Positions 1-13,109 of a stretch of DNA of 64,000 bases are shown here, piece by piece (within the stretch, counting starts at the first letter, position 1; each line of letters begins with the position of its first letter). Made by a program: the position numbers and the translations under genes. The notes under the pieces are model-generated. The model was not told the DNA's origin and did not search any database. It saw only the letters and a program-made list of their open reading frames with translations. Origin of the DNA: Camelus dromedarius (lineage: Eukaryota); the NCBI RefSeq assembly GCF_036321535.1, contig NC_087437.1:16184001-16248000 (forward strand), written 5' to 3'.

Positions 1-89
1 AGTGGAGGCATCCAAGCGGGTGACTCGGAGAGGGTGGTGGCAGTGAAGACTCAGAGTCTGTAAGAGGTAAAAATATATATGTGTTTGTT

Positions 90-300
90 TATGTATTCAT
101 GCATTCATGGACTCACACCTCTTTACTGAATCTCTCTAAGTGCCAGGTACCGTCTTTGCCCTGATGGCACTCACAGTCTGATAGGGGAGTCGAGGAAAGT
201 GATGTGAGAGGTGCTGCTGGGAGACAGGAGTCAGGAAGGAGGGCAGGGGAGGCTGACCTATGAAGGTGTGGCCTCCTGGGTGACAGATCTGGCAGGAGAT
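90..300 (-). mobile_element. L2 LINE 3' fragment (ancient)
   Basis: tattcatgcattcat...tttactgaat...aagtgccaggtac...gccctgatggcactcacagtctgataggggag resembles the antisense L2 3' end. Confidence 0.5.
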
Positions 301-2535
301 AGACAGGGTGGCCATTTCCAGACACACACGGAGTGACAGATGTGCTCCAGAGAGAGGTCAGCTCGCGAACTTGGCCCCCAGCTGCCGACACCCTCACTGG
401 AAAGGTCTTCCATCACTGGCCGTGATGGGGATAGTCCCAGTGACGAAGATGCTGCGTGCTCCGCGCCCCGGCTCTCGGAGCCATCAGCCCACCTCAGCAG
501 CCTCTGAGCCCCTGGGGGCCGTTACCGAGGGCTCCCAAAGACTGACTTCTCTTCTTATACCAGCCTGCGAAGAGCAGCAGGCATAATCGGTTGCCTCACA
601 CATGTAATTAGAAGAAATAAGAGCAGTGAGAGAAAATTGGTTAAGCAAGCCCAAAATGACTTTTTTAAAAAAAAATTTATAATGAAGGAATAAATCTCAG
701 GGAGAAAAACGAAGTTAAGGCAGAGTGCACCACTACATTTCCTTTGCCACAGCTCAGGATTTTAGAAGGAATCCCAAGGTCCCCTGGCCGCCAACAGGGC
801 TCCAACTCATCCACACAAGAAGGTGGGTGATCCCACGGACGGGTGAAGGTGGAGGGCATCTGGACGGTTTCCGAGGCATCGCTGCCTGTCTGCAGACCCT
901 GTGTTGCTTGCTTTTCTCGCCCCAGGCCTGGTGACTGCATTCGGATCCCAGCGCTGCCCTCTGGCAGGATCTGCACTCCTAGGTGGGGACCCTCTCTCCA
1001 CAGCATCCTTCCTCCAAACACATGTTATGAAACTGCCATTGATCGTCGCCCTCCCCTCCTTCTCCTTTGCTCTGTAAGAGCTTCTCAGTTGTCAGTTGCA
1101 TTTCTATATTTCTATGGCAACCACAACCCCCAGCCTCATCGCCTCCCCTACCTCCCTGCTTCTCTCCCCACCCCCCTCCTTTCCTTTTGCAAGTCGGATT
1201 TGCAGGGAAGCTGCTGACAGGCTGGTCTTCTAGTAATTTCCTTCATAAAACAAACAGCTGAGGAGAGGGAGTTGGGAGGCGGGGCAGTGGGGTGGGGCCA
1301 GCTCCTTGGAAGCCACAAGGGGATGGAGAAACAGGAGAGTGGTGTGCATACTAAGAAAAAGAGTCCTGGGGTGCAGTGGGTGACAGCAGTGTGAAGTCAG
1401 GGCCATCCCAGCCTGGGGCGGGGGAGGGATGGGCTGGGTGAGGTGTGGAGGGCTCCCTCCAGACGTGCAGGGAGGCGGGTCCAAGTGCTAGCAGGACTGT
1501 GGGCCATAACAGCCACCCCGGGGGAGGCGTGCCTGCCACAGTAGCTGCTGTGACACAGACCAGGGTGAGTGAGGACACGAGCTGCAGCTCACAGGGGAAA
1601 TTATCCCAAATATCCTCATTATAGAAGCAAGTGCCTCTGAACCCATCAGTGCTTAACAGCCAGAAGTGCCCTCTCCCTGGAAGACAGGGCCATTTTACTG
1701 ACTCTAATGGCAATTTACATCCATCCCAGTCGGCTGCGAGTCCCAGGCTCCTCTGGGTGCTGGAGGTCACCAGGCAGGTGTCAGCTACAGGGCAGGTGTC
1801 AGGAAGGGGAGGCCACCAGGGGACACATTGCTGGGGGGCCAAGGTGAGGCAGGCAGCTTAAGCTTGAGCGAGCAAGTCAGCATGCCGGAGCTCAGGAGGA
1901 GAGTAATTATTAATGGCTTTATTACATGCCTTTTTTTATAAATAAAAGAAATATGTTTTTGGCCGCTAATGACCTTCAAATTAGCAGCTCTTTCAAAAAG
2001 CACTTATGTATTTTTAATTCCTAACGTAGCAGAGTGTCAGTTGCAGCAGCAATGGAAGCAGCAGGGCAGCTGGGTAGTTTTAAATAAGAGGAAAGCCAGA
2101 TCATTATTTCTGAAACTGTCAGCTTTTACGCCTTTTAATGGATTCAGTTTCTCTCATCTCTTCCCCGACTGTGGTGGTCTTTGAAGATTCCCAGGCATTC
2201 TCCGAGGGAGAAAAGAGCAGAGGCACAGGTCTGCCGTACGGAAGGACCTGGGCTTCCAGAGTGTCATGGTCCCCGGCGGGGAGGCGTTAGCATGAGAGCT
2301 TGCAAAGAGCATCAGAGAGAGGCGAAGAGAGAAAATTCCAGCCTGGGATGCAGGGTGCTTCTCTTCCCCACTCCTGATTCTAAGTTACAAAAAGCGAAAT
2401 CAGTGACTTCAGAGCAGCAGACAGAGAGATTAGCGAGGACAGAAAGAAGAGACAAAGACAAGGAGAGAGAGGAGTTAGAGGCAGAGAAATAGAGAAACAC
2501 GGTAAGAAGTTGAGTAGTGGGGAAGGAAGCAGTAG

Positions 2536-2725
2536 AGTGGGGCTTCTCGAAGGTGGACCCCAGACCGGCAGCAGCAGCACCTGGGAACTTGTTAGAAATG
2601 CAAGTTCTCGGGTTTCAGCCCAGAAGCAATGGATTAGACACTCTGAGGGATGCGCCCCACCATCTGCATTTTCATAAGGCTCCCAAGTGGTTCTGATGCT
2701 CCATAAAGTGTGAGGACCACCAATT
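2536..2725 (+). mobile_element. MER5A (hAT-Charlie non-autonomous DNA transposon)
   Basis: ttctcgaaggtggaccccagaccggcagcagcagcacctgggaacttgttagaaatgcaagttctcggg...gttctgatgctccataaagtgtgaggaccac matches the recalled MER5A consensus end to end. Confidence 0.9.
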
Positions 2726-2869
2726 TAGAGCAGAGTTGCCAAGGCAGAGGAAGAAAAGGGGGCGAGAAGGAAGGAAGAGGAGTTGATGGTGGCAAAGGAG
2801 GAGGAGAAGGCACATAAGAGAGAAGAGAAAAGTGGAAGTGAGTCTGTTCCTCACTCATACACTGTTTTC

Positions 2870-3017
2870 TTTTCTTTTTTTTTTTTTTGTATTTATTATA
2901 TATTTTTATTGAAGTATAGTCAGTTTACAATATTGTGTCAATTTCTGGTGTACAGCACAAAATCTTGTAGTAACTTATGGTGAAAAAGAATACAAAAAAT
3001 AATGTATGTATGTTCCT
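2870..3017 (-). mobile_element. Short young L1 3' end with 5' inversion, flanked by a TSD
   Basis: poly-T plus ttgaagtatagtcagtttacaatattgtgtcaatttctggtgtacagcacaa (antisense L1 end), then sense aatcttgtagtaacttatggtgaaaaagaatac. TSD atacactgttttc (2857-2869) and atacagtgttttc (3018-3030). Confidence 0.85.
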
Positions 3018-3667
3018 ATACAGTGTTTTCAAATATCCAGCACCTTCCCTCGCCACCTGGGACCTCTCTTTACCAGCAGGTTTCTGAGTGGAGCTGACCT
3101 CCAAGTCACCAGGAACCCACCAGTCTTCTTCTGACATGAGGGAGGATGCAGTGTCGCTTTGCTGGTCTGAGAAATGAGAATCATGTTCCTCCTTTGCTTA
3201 TGTAAACTCCTGACAGCCCTTTCCAACGGGTACTCCATTTTCATTTCAGCTACCAGAAGGATCAGCTTCCAGGCTGAATTTTAGATAAAGTTGAGCTCTT
3301 TTCCAAGTTGTCAGGCCAATGGACAACAAGCAAGGCTACTTCCCATTTGGTCATGGAGCTCTTGGTGCCCAAGACATGAATGTCCCCATGCTCAAAGATA
3401 ACAAATGCCATCTCCAAATCCAGCCAATGGGCTTTTATTAAGTGTCTTCTCCATGGGAAGGTGACTGTGCCCAGCTGCTCCCCACAAGGACCTCTGGTCT
3501 CCCAGGGATTGAGAATAAGGACTCCTGCGGGGAGATCCCAACCCCACCCAGACATCGGTCTGGTGTTTCTATTTTCCAAAGACTAACTTTCTCAAGCATC
3601 CATGATGATACCATGAAAACAGCTTAGGTAGGACTATAATGATTTTAGAAGGACTGAGTATAACTAG

Positions 3668-4050
3668 TCATTCAACAAATGTTTGATCTGTAGTGACATC
3701 AAGCCACCTGGAAACAGGCACTATTTCAAGCGCTTAGGAGCCATCAGTAAATAAAACAGAGCTGGGTCTTCAACAGGATCTAGCAAGGGGAGACAGACAA
3801 GTAACAATAAACATAAACATAAACAAATAAACATCTTTGAAGGTCAAAGTGCTGTGGGAAAAGGAAAAGTAGGAGAATAGAAGAGTCGTTTGCAATTTTA
3901 ATTATGGTGACTGAGACAGACCTCCTTGAGAAGGTGGGATTTGAGGAAATACTTGAAGGAGGTAAGGGAGTGAGCCAGGATGGAAGGGTGTTGCCAGCAA
4001 ATGCCACTGGAGCTAAGGTCTGGTGTGTTTGAAAAAGCCTGGTGCAGTCA
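3668..4050 (-). mobile_element. L2 LINE 3' region
   Basis: tcattcaacaaatgtttg...aaataaaacagag...ctccttgagaaggtgggatttgagg...cttgaaggaggtaagggagtgagcca, typical of antisense L2. Confidence 0.75.
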
Positions 4051-4971
4051 AAGAACAGTACGTAGATTTTCCATGTGCTGTCCTGTTTGAGCCTCATTAT
4101 GCCCTAAGGCACCAGCTATCATTATTAACACTTCACTGATGTAAAATCTTAGATGTAAAAACTGATGCAGCTTAGGAAGATGGCATGGTTTGGTTAAAGT
4201 ACTGGGTTGCAGAGATGGGATTCCAATCCTGATTGAATGGATCCTAAAACACACATTGTTTTCTAAAACCTACCTTGCTTCCCTGTGTGCAAAGGTGGAT
4301 GTGGGGATGCTGACCACAAATGAGACACAGAGCCTAGTCGTGAAGACAAGGGAAGTACCACAGCCAGTAGGCACAGACTACACAGTGAAGCCATCCCCAC
4401 CAAGTATGGCCCAGCTTCCAGACAGGGCAGGTGCATCTCTGCCAAGGGAGATGGTCTCACACCGGAAAAAGAAAAACTCGTGGCCAAGAGAAGGTGCAAG
4501 TCCTCAACGGTAAAAAAAAAAAAAAAAAAGAGCCAAGGGCAAGGCAGTCACTATAAGTGATTTCAAATCTCCCAGCTCAGTTGACTAATGTCATGGGACT
4601 CTACCAGAAGTTTTCTGGTGGTAAGCAGTCAAGGCCATCTGGGTGCTCATTACTGAGGAAGTCGATAGCAAAAATGTGGTGAATGCACATCGTGGAGTGT
4701 TTGCGTTCCAGGTAATGGAGGACTAGATTTTCACATAGCAGCTTGCATCGATTTTAAGACCACAGGGCTCAGTAGGTAAAGCAAGAATTAGGATGGCTAT
4801 ATAATATAATACTTATTTTATTAGAACAGACATAACCAAAGTATCTGCATTGAGCACAACAGAAAGTTGCCTATGGTTGGGAATAACGGGGCTAAGTCAC
4901 TCATACCCCGCTTATTTCCCTTGCTGCCTATAACATATATACATAATGACATATATATATAAATAAAATTA

Positions 4972-5157
4972 TTTCATTCTCTGGCATACAGCACAATGTC
5001 CCAGTCATGCTTATACATACATATATTTGTTTTCATATTCTTTCATTAAAGTTTACTACAAGATATTGACTATAGTTCCCTGTGTTACACAGAAGTTTTT
5101 TTAATCTATTTTTATATATAATGACTAACATTTGCAAATCTCAAACTCCCAAATTTA
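4972..5157 (-). mobile_element. Young (camelid-type) L1 3' UTR fragment lacking its terminal tail
   Basis: ctggcatacagcacaatgtcccagtcatg...tagttccctgtgttacacagaag...catttgcaaatctcaaactcccaaattta is the reverse complement of the L1 ends at 16005 and 56495. Confidence 0.85.
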
Positions 5158-5199
5158 AACTATATTAATAGATGTGTGTGTGTGTGTGTGTATACATAT

Positions 5200-6230
5200 C
5201 TGTTTCTGAGATGCTTCATTAGTCTGTCAACTCTTATTCCAGGACAGCACTATCTTAATTATGGCAGCCTCATTACACATTTTAATGTTGTGTAACATGG
5301 GTCATCCCTTCTTACTCACTTTTATAATCACGTAACTGTTTTGACCTGCTTATTTTTCCAGTTGAATTATGAGATAGTTTTTGTGAAGTTCCAAAATATT
5401 GGTTTATTGGTATAGCTCTAAATATTAGATTAATATGAGAAAGTGGAAATCTTTACCAGATACATCTTCTAATTGACAAATATGGCATTCCTTTCCATTT
5501 CATCAAGTAGTCTTTTAAAATCCACAGCAAAATTTTGTACTTCTTACAGGTGCTGTGTATTTCTTGCTAAAAATTCCCATAATTTATGTTTTGCTGTAGT
5601 CAAGGAAATCTTTTTCATTACACTTTCTGATTTTTAATGTATATTTTATAAATATCCAACATGCCAGGCATTATTATTATTATTTAATAATTCTTCAATG
5701 GAAGTTATCATTTCATTTGTTTTTTATTCAAACACATAATAATATAGTCTACAATAAAAGAGAATATTAATTCCAAGGCACTGATGTTCTTAATTTGTTT
5801 TCCTGCCTTATTGCATTGTCTGGAATGTGTAGAAAAACATTTAATATAGTATTGGCAGATGTATTTATATTTCTTTTATTTAAATAGAAATGCCTTTATT
5901 ATTTCACAAAGAAGTGTGATATTGGCAGCTGCTATCATATAGATATTCAAATAAGGGAGTTTCTATCTTGGTTTTACTAAGAATTATCGTTTTAAATAGA
6001 TTTTATTTTTTTCAAATGCATTTTAGCATCTACAAAGAAGATAATATATTGAACCAGACTTGAATTCCTGAAGTAAATTCTACTTCATCATGGCATGTTT
6101 TGCTTTTAATTTACTGATCGATCTAATGTGTTATAATTTTACTTGGGATCATTGCTTCTGTATTAATAAATATAACTGATGTGTAGTTTACTAGTTTGCA
6201 TATTTGTGCCAGCCTTTTCAGCATTTTATT
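5200..6230 (-). mobile_element. Ancient L1M ORF2-region relic
   Basis: AT-rich antisense L1 ORF2 hallmarks: ttccatttcatcaagtag, cctgccttattgcattg, tcaaatgcattttagcatctac, gaaccagacttgaattcctgaagtaaattctacttcatcatgg. Confidence 0.75.
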
Positions 6231-6254
6231 TTCAATGGACCTGATTATTTAATA

Positions 6255-6830
6255 CTCACTTTTATAAAAGTATAATATACAGGAAAAATTATCCAAATTA
6301 TGAGTCAAGAGCAGACTCACCCATGTAACCACCACTCAGATCAGGAAATAAAAAGCCACTAGCATCAAGTACCCTCCTAGTCACTATGCCCCAGCTCTGC
6401 AAAAGTAACAGTTAACCATCTCCTGGCTTCTAAAACAAAAGACTGTTTTGCATTATTTTGAACTTTATATAAATGAAATAATATAGTGTGCATTATTCTG
6501 TCCCTGATTTGTTTTGCACAGATTTCATTTGTGAAATTCATTTATGTTCTTGTGATTTAATTCATTCATTTAATAGCTGTATAATACTCATTTGTATGAA
6601 TATACCACAATTTGCTTATTTACTTTATAGTTATATATTTGAGTTATTTCCAGCTTTTGACTACTATAATTTTATTGTGAATATCCTCACACATGCCTTT
6701 TGGTGTACATGTCCTTCAATAAGCACATGTATGCATTTCTGTTAGTATATGTCTAGAAGTGAAAGTGCTGGGTCATAGGATATCTGTATGTACTGCTCTA
6801 ATAGGTACTTTCAAGTAGTTTTCCAAAGTG
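6255..6830 (-). mobile_element. L1ME-type 3' end
   Basis: cacccatgtaaccaccactcagatcaggaaata...ttttgaactttatataaatgaaataatatag...tctagaagtgaaagtgctgggtcatagg. Confidence 0.8.
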
Positions 6831-6844
6831 CTAGAATAGGAGAT

Positions 6845-9270
6845 GAAGCTTCTCCCAAAGAGATAGCTGCCACTTTCTCATGTACCTCCAAGATCCTGTT
6901 GGGCCAACCTATCTGAGGACTTGAATATACTATTTCCATTTGACAAGTGAGATTCGTGGGGCACTCACCAAATTTTTAATCACTGACCCTGAGTCACAAG
7001 GACTTCATGATCAGGAGTTCACTTTCCACAAGAGCATGCCACTAGGTGCTTTTCAGGAGGGGTGTATTTGAACATTGTGAATCCATCCACATAGTCCCAA
7101 GAAACTTGACTCAGAGAGCAGGGCTTGAATTTTGTCACAGTTTATTGGCCACCCCTGCTGGCAGAGATGTGATCACCCTACAGTCAGAACCTCAGAGACC
7201 CAGGCTTCTGACTTGCTAACCAACAGGACATCATTTATGTAGTGAAAGCTTTGGACATCGGGAAGTAGAGACACTTTTGCTAAAATCTGACTCATTCACT
7301 GGTGGCAAATCACAGCACAGTTTAGGCACCCGTGGGGAAATACTAAGCGTCCAGTGAGCACTTCTCTTCTGATCAGAAGACTCTCCTCTGAACCTTATGA
7401 GCATTCACAACACATGCATGTAAGACATCAATATCAATTATAGGCTCAGTAGCAGAAGCCACAACCATAGTACATTTAATTGGCCTAAAGGGTGCAACCA
7501 CAAAATCACATTCACTCCCTTCCCCCAAACTAAACCTTGGCCAAACCCCATTAACTACATCCAGGCAATGGATACGATGGTGACTTGGGGGAACTGTGTC
7601 CAACAGAGCCCTACAAATTTTAATCTCTTCTCTCCCTGGAGTTCCCCAGCACATACAGACAGGTGCATGTTGCCTTCAGTACCTCTGGGGACAGGAGGAG
7701 ATAGCCCCATGCCTAATCATCTTTCTCATTAAAGTAACTGAGATAGAGAGGGATAGATGAATCTAGGGGACTTGAGAGAGTGGCTCCACACCAGTAAACA
7801 AGGCACAATTACTTTCCATTTTAAGCCGTACAGAAGCTGCTCAGCTCAAACAATGGAAGTTGTTTGTTTTGCATTGTTTTCAGCCTACCCAATGCTATAC
7901 AGAATGGCAAAGTCCTCATGACTGACACCCTCCATTTCATCCTTGGGAATCTCTTGACTCAGCAGTCACAGCCATATTGATTTCCCGCTGGGGCCGTGGG
8001 GTGTGTGCCATCTGGCTGGCTTGGGCTTGGCTCCTACAGTGGTTACCTTTTCTGAGGAGCCCACATTAATCTGGGGCATCGTTTCCCATTACTAAGACAA
8101 CACCTCCTAAATTCTTATTCGATCTCCATATATTAAGGGCTAGGGGAATTTTCCAGGGCGGCAGCGCTGACAGCAAGCATTTATCTAGATTTCTTTGGGT
8201 CAGTTTCTCATTCTGCACTGGGTCATTTTCAGCACTATTGTAAATCCAATCCAGGGCAGTGAGACCCTGAATACTAGTCAACACCTCATTTAGGTTTTCC
8301 CAGGGGAGTTTGTCTGCTTAAGGGAAAACTCCCTTCTTGCATTCAGAACCTGCTGTAAGAAAAAGGGAATCTCTGAACCTTTTGTTTTGTCACCTCCAAA
8401 TGGACCTACAGTTGTCACGACAGACCTCAGCAGGGGGCTGAGCCACAGGAGGAACCAGCTGTTCCCTTTCTTCCTTAACAAGCATTCTGCATCCCACCTC
8501 CTTCATCTCCCAAGTGAATTGGCCAAAGCTCTATCGAGTCTTCTTTTTCTGCGCCTTATGGTCACAAACTTCCCTCCTTTTATTCTCAGTATACGTGGGT
8601 GTTTTTGTAACTGTTCTTTAATAGAGACAGAACCTTTAGCTAGCTGCCCTCAGGAAAAGTCTTAACATTGTTACTGTTATAGTCGCTACAATAGGGTGAA
8701 TTTGAAGCTGACACTGCACTGGTGAAGAAGTCCCCTCGCTAGAGCGGAGTTGCAATATCCAAGGCCCAGTTCAGGCAGCTGTCTTAGAACCTATTTCCTA
8801 GCATTGGATCCACAGTTCCTCCCCAATTCCTTCTCATTAACAGGCAGTGAAGTGGAGGACATTTGGTCAACGTGTTTGCTGAAAGTGTCAAGACAGTGAA
8901 GGGTCAGAGATTTTACTCCACTTGCAAACTAACAAGTCATCCTGCCATTTTTTCACCAACGCCTTTCTACCAGACTCCTGGGTTGGACATGACATAGTAG
9001 TAACCAGAATATCATAACTTTGGGACCAGTTCCCTGAGTCCCAGTTCCCACCAGTAGCATGACACAGGCCACATGCCCCCTGCACGTACAGTGTGTTGCA
9101 CTGCAGGAAAGGAATCCTGAATTTACTCCACAGAAAGTTTGCCTTTTGCTCCTGAGGGTGACACTATCTTTGTCTCTCAAGGCTATTGCTATGCAAACGG
9201 TCTTGAAAAAATAGTTCAGAACAAAGGACAAGCATTGCCTTACCCATAAGACATGCAAGAACTCCATGGA
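6845..9270 (-). mobile_element. ERVL-class (class III) endogenous retrovirus internal remnant: degenerate gag-pro-pol
   Basis: Minus-strand translation gives gag-like ALDWIY...LTQRNLDKCLLSALPPWK (ORF 8066-8284), protease RALLDT (LLDT at 7595-7606) and VAPFRPIKCTMVVASATEPIIDIDVL, RT FPHGCLNCAVICHQ (LPQG motif, 7329-7340), HYINDVLL (YxDD motif, 7227-7244), GWPINCDKIQ..VKFLG, and downstream KWK*YIQ. Stops and frameshifts are present. Confidence 0.85.
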
Positions 9271-9284
9271 GACTTGTCTCTCAA

Positions 9285-12200
9285 CAAGTATAATTCACAC
9301 AAAGTTCACCCTTTTGAGGTGTACAGTTCTACGAGTTTTGCAAAACGTACGGTCATGGACTCAATACCAAAGTCAATATAGAATATTTAATCATCCCCCA
9401 CAGTTCCCTTGTGCTCCCTTGTTGTCAATTTCTTCCCTCCACCCTCAGCCCCTGGTGATCACTGATCAGAATTTGATCTCCATAGTTTTGCCTTTTCCAG
9501 AGCATCATATAAATGGAATCATAAAAAAAAGATAGCCATCCATGTCTGGCTTCTTTCACTTAGCACAATGCTTTTGAGAATTTGTCCATGGCATTGCACG
9601 TATCAATTGTTTGTTTGCATATTTATTTATTTTGGTGGGGGGAGGTAATTAGGTATTTTTTTTATTTGTTTACTTTATTTAATAGAGGTACTGGAGATTG
9701 AACCCAGGACCTCATGCATGCTAAGCACGTGCTCTACCACTGAGCTATACCGTCCCTGAGTAGTTCATTTATTTTTAATGCTGAGTAGTATTCCATTGTA
9801 TGTATAATGATTTCTTTATCCATTCACCAGTTGATGGAAATTTGGATTGTTTCCAGTTTTTTACCATTACGAATAAATATGCTATAAACATCCATGTACA
9901 GGTCTTTGTGTGAGCATATGTTTTCATTTCTTCAGAGTAATTACTTTGAAGTAGATTCTTGAGCTCATGTTTAACTATAAAAAAAATTGACTGTGGTTTT
10001 CTTAAGTGATTTGTATCATTTTTCATTTCTAGCAGCAATGGCTGAAAATGTTAACTTCACATTTTTGCACATGATGTGGTAGAATTGTTTCTGTTTTTGT
10101 TTTAATTTTAGTCATTGCAGTAAGTGTTCAGTGATAACCCAGTTATACTTTTTATTTACATTTCTCTAATGATTAGTGATGTCAAGCATCTTTTCAAGCT
10201 TATTTATCATTTTGTATGTCTTATTTGGTGAAGCAGCTGTTCAAGACTTTTTTCCATTCTTTAATGGTTTCTTTTGTCCTATTGAGTTTAGAGAATTCTT
10301 TATATATTCTGGATAGACATCTTTTATCAGACTTTATTTTTTCCCCCAGATATTTTCTTCCAGTTTTATCTTTTTATTTTCTTAACATTCAAAGAATCTA
10401 ATTTTTAAATTTTAATTAAATTCAATTTATCTTTTTTATTTCGTTGTTTGGATATTTGTGCCTTCTCTAATAAATCTTTGCTTAACTGAAAGTAAAAATA
10501 TTCTCTTTCATGTTTTCTGTGTTATGTTTTACAGTTTTTCATTTTATATTAGTCTTATGATCCATTTTTAGTTGCTTTTGTGTGTGGTACAAGGTACAAA
10601 TTGAGGTTATTGGGTTTTGGTTTTTTTCTTTTTACTCGCAGATATTCAACTGTACCACCAATGTTTGCCGAAGACTATCTTTTATCTATTAAATTACATT
10701 GGGAACTTTAGCGAAAATCAACTGAACATGTATGTTTGAACTGATTTCTGCTATCTCTATTCTGTTCCATTTATCAGTATGTCTAACCTTTCACAAATAT
10801 GACACCATGTTAGTTACTGTATTTTATGGTAAGTGTTGAAATGATGTGGTAGGGCCCTCCGTGTTCTTTTAAAAATTGTTCTAGCTATTTTAATTCCTTT
10901 ACTTTTCCATGTAGATTTTAGAATAAGCTTTCTGATTTCTACAAAAAGAACTTCTGGTATCTTGAATGGGTTGCAATGAATTTATAGCTTTATAAGTATA
11001 ACTCTCCATTTATTTAGTTCTTCTTTGATAAATTTTCATCAATGTTTTATAGTTTCAACATAGAAATATTAGGATACATTTTGTTAATATTTTGTGTTTA
11101 TGATCATATTGTAAGTGAAACTTGATATTTCCAAGTGGTCATCTCTAGTATATAGAAATATAATTAATTTTTATATTGATTTTGCTAAATTTACTTATTA
11201 ATTCTAGAAGCTTCTTCGTACATCCATTAGGATTTTTGACATAGACACTCATGTTATCTGCAAATAAAGATAGTTTTATCCCTCCCTTTCCAATCTAGAT
11301 GCCTTTTCTTTTATTCATTCTTTTTTTTCTTCCCTTGCTGACCAGAACCTTCAGTAAAATGAAGAAATGATGAGATGAGAGCTGACCTCCTTGCCTTGTT
11401 CGTGATCTTAGAGAAAAACATTCAGTCTTCCACACTAAATACGGTGTTAACTGTAGGGTTTTTCTAGATGCCCCTTTTTACACTGAGGGAGTTCACTTCC
11501 TTCCCTAGTTTGATGAATAGATACTGAATTTTGTTGAATGCTTTTTTCTGCATCTGTTGAGATGATCACATTTTTCTCTTTTTAAGGTTATACTATGGGG
11601 AATTGTATCAATTAATAGTCTACTGCCAAACCAGCCTCATATTCCTGCCATAAACTATCTATTATCCTTTTTATGCATCCAGGTTGCTAAAGTTTTATTA
11701 AAAGCTTTGCATCAATGTTCATTAAGAATATTAACCTGCTGGTTACTTTTGTTGTAATGTCTTTGGTTTTAGTATTCGTGTAGTGCTGGCCACATAAATT
11801 TAGGAAGCTTTCCTTCCTCTGAAATTTTCAAAAAGAGTTTGTGCAGAGTTGGCATTTTTCTTCCTTACATTTGGTAGAATTCCCCACTGATGTGAACTAG
11901 CCTGGGGTTCTTTGTGGGAAAAGCTTTAGCTACATATTTAATTTCTTCAATAATAAGGGGCTTTTCAGGTTATCTGTTTCTTGGAAAAGCTTCGACAGTT
12001 TGTGTGTTTCAAGGAAGTTTGCCATTTCATCTAAGATTTTAAAATTTGGTTTCTATAAAACTATTTCTAATGTTTTCTTAAAATTTTTTATGGCTGTAGA
12101 ATCTATTTTGCTGCATATTTCATTCCTGACATTGATAACTGGTGTCTTCTCTGTCTTTCTCATAATCTGTTTGGTTAGAGATCTATCAGTTTTTTTGATC

Positions 12201-13065
12201 TTCTGAAAAAAATTTTTGTTTTTATTGACTTTCTCTGTTTTCCTGTTTTCTATTCCATTGACTTCCACTCGGATCTTTATTGTTTTCTTTCTTCTACGTG
12301 AATTTAATTTACTCTTCTTTTTCTAATTTCTAGAGATGGATGCTGATTTGGGAATCTTTTCTTTCCTTTTTTTTTTTTTTAAGTTCCAAATATTTACTAA
12401 TTTTCCTTTTGATTTTTTTTCTTTGATCTGTAAGCTATTTGAAAGTGTGCTATTTACTTTCAAGTATTTGGGAACATTCTAGATATTGTTCTTCTGCTGA
12501 TTCTAATGTAATTTTGGTTTTGGTCAAAGGGTAAACTTTGAATCACTTCAATCCTTTTAAATGTATTGAGATCTATTTTATGGCTCATAATACGTTCTAT
12601 CTTGGTAAATAGATCATGTGCATTGAAAAAAGATGTGCTACACTGTTGTTGGATGAGTACACTATAAACATAAAGTAGGCTATGCTGGCTGGTATGGCTG
12701 TGCAAGTCTTCCATTTCTAGTATTCTGTCTGCTTGTTCTGTCAATCATTAATAGAGGAATGTTGAAACTTCCAACAATAATTATTTGATTTATTTATTTT
12801 TGTAGTTTGTCAGTTTTGTGCATTTCGAAGCTCTGTTATTTGAGGAATAAACATTTAATTTTGTTATGTTCTCTTGATGCATTTATTCTTTTCTTACCGT
12901 GAAATGTCCTTCTTTATCTCTGGTCACATTCTTTACTCTGACTAACGTCAGAGCATCATTTCCCATCCTTTCATTTTTAATCTACTTATGTCTTTATATT
13001 TAAACAGCATTTCTTATAGACAGCAAGTGCTTGGACCTTATTTCTCATCCAATTTGAAAAATCTA
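9285..13065 (-). mobile_element. L1MB-type LINE, 3' UTR plus most of ORF2 (degenerate)
   Basis: L1MB-like 3' end aagttcacccttttgaggtgtacagttc...catcatataaatggaatcat, then continuous antisense ORF2 sequence. ORF 12460-12744 gives L1 endonuclease-like FTKIERIMSHKIDLNTFKRIEVIQS. Confidence 0.88.
9620..9756 (-). mobile_element. tRNA-derived SINE (camelid Vic-like) inserted in the L1
   Basis: Reverse complement reads gggacggtatagctcagtggtagagcacgtgcttagcatgcatgaggtcctgggttcaatctccagtacctc, with A/B boxes and an AT-rich tail containing cctaattacctcccccc. Confidence 0.9.
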
Positions 13066-13109
13066 CTGTGTAATTAGGATGGTAACACCATTTGCATTTA
13101 ATGTGTTAT

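Noticed and set aside
7373..7654. Domesticated retroviral protease gene
   Set aside because: The active site reads LLDTV, with an apparent frameshift after DT, and the surrounding pol has stops and deletions.
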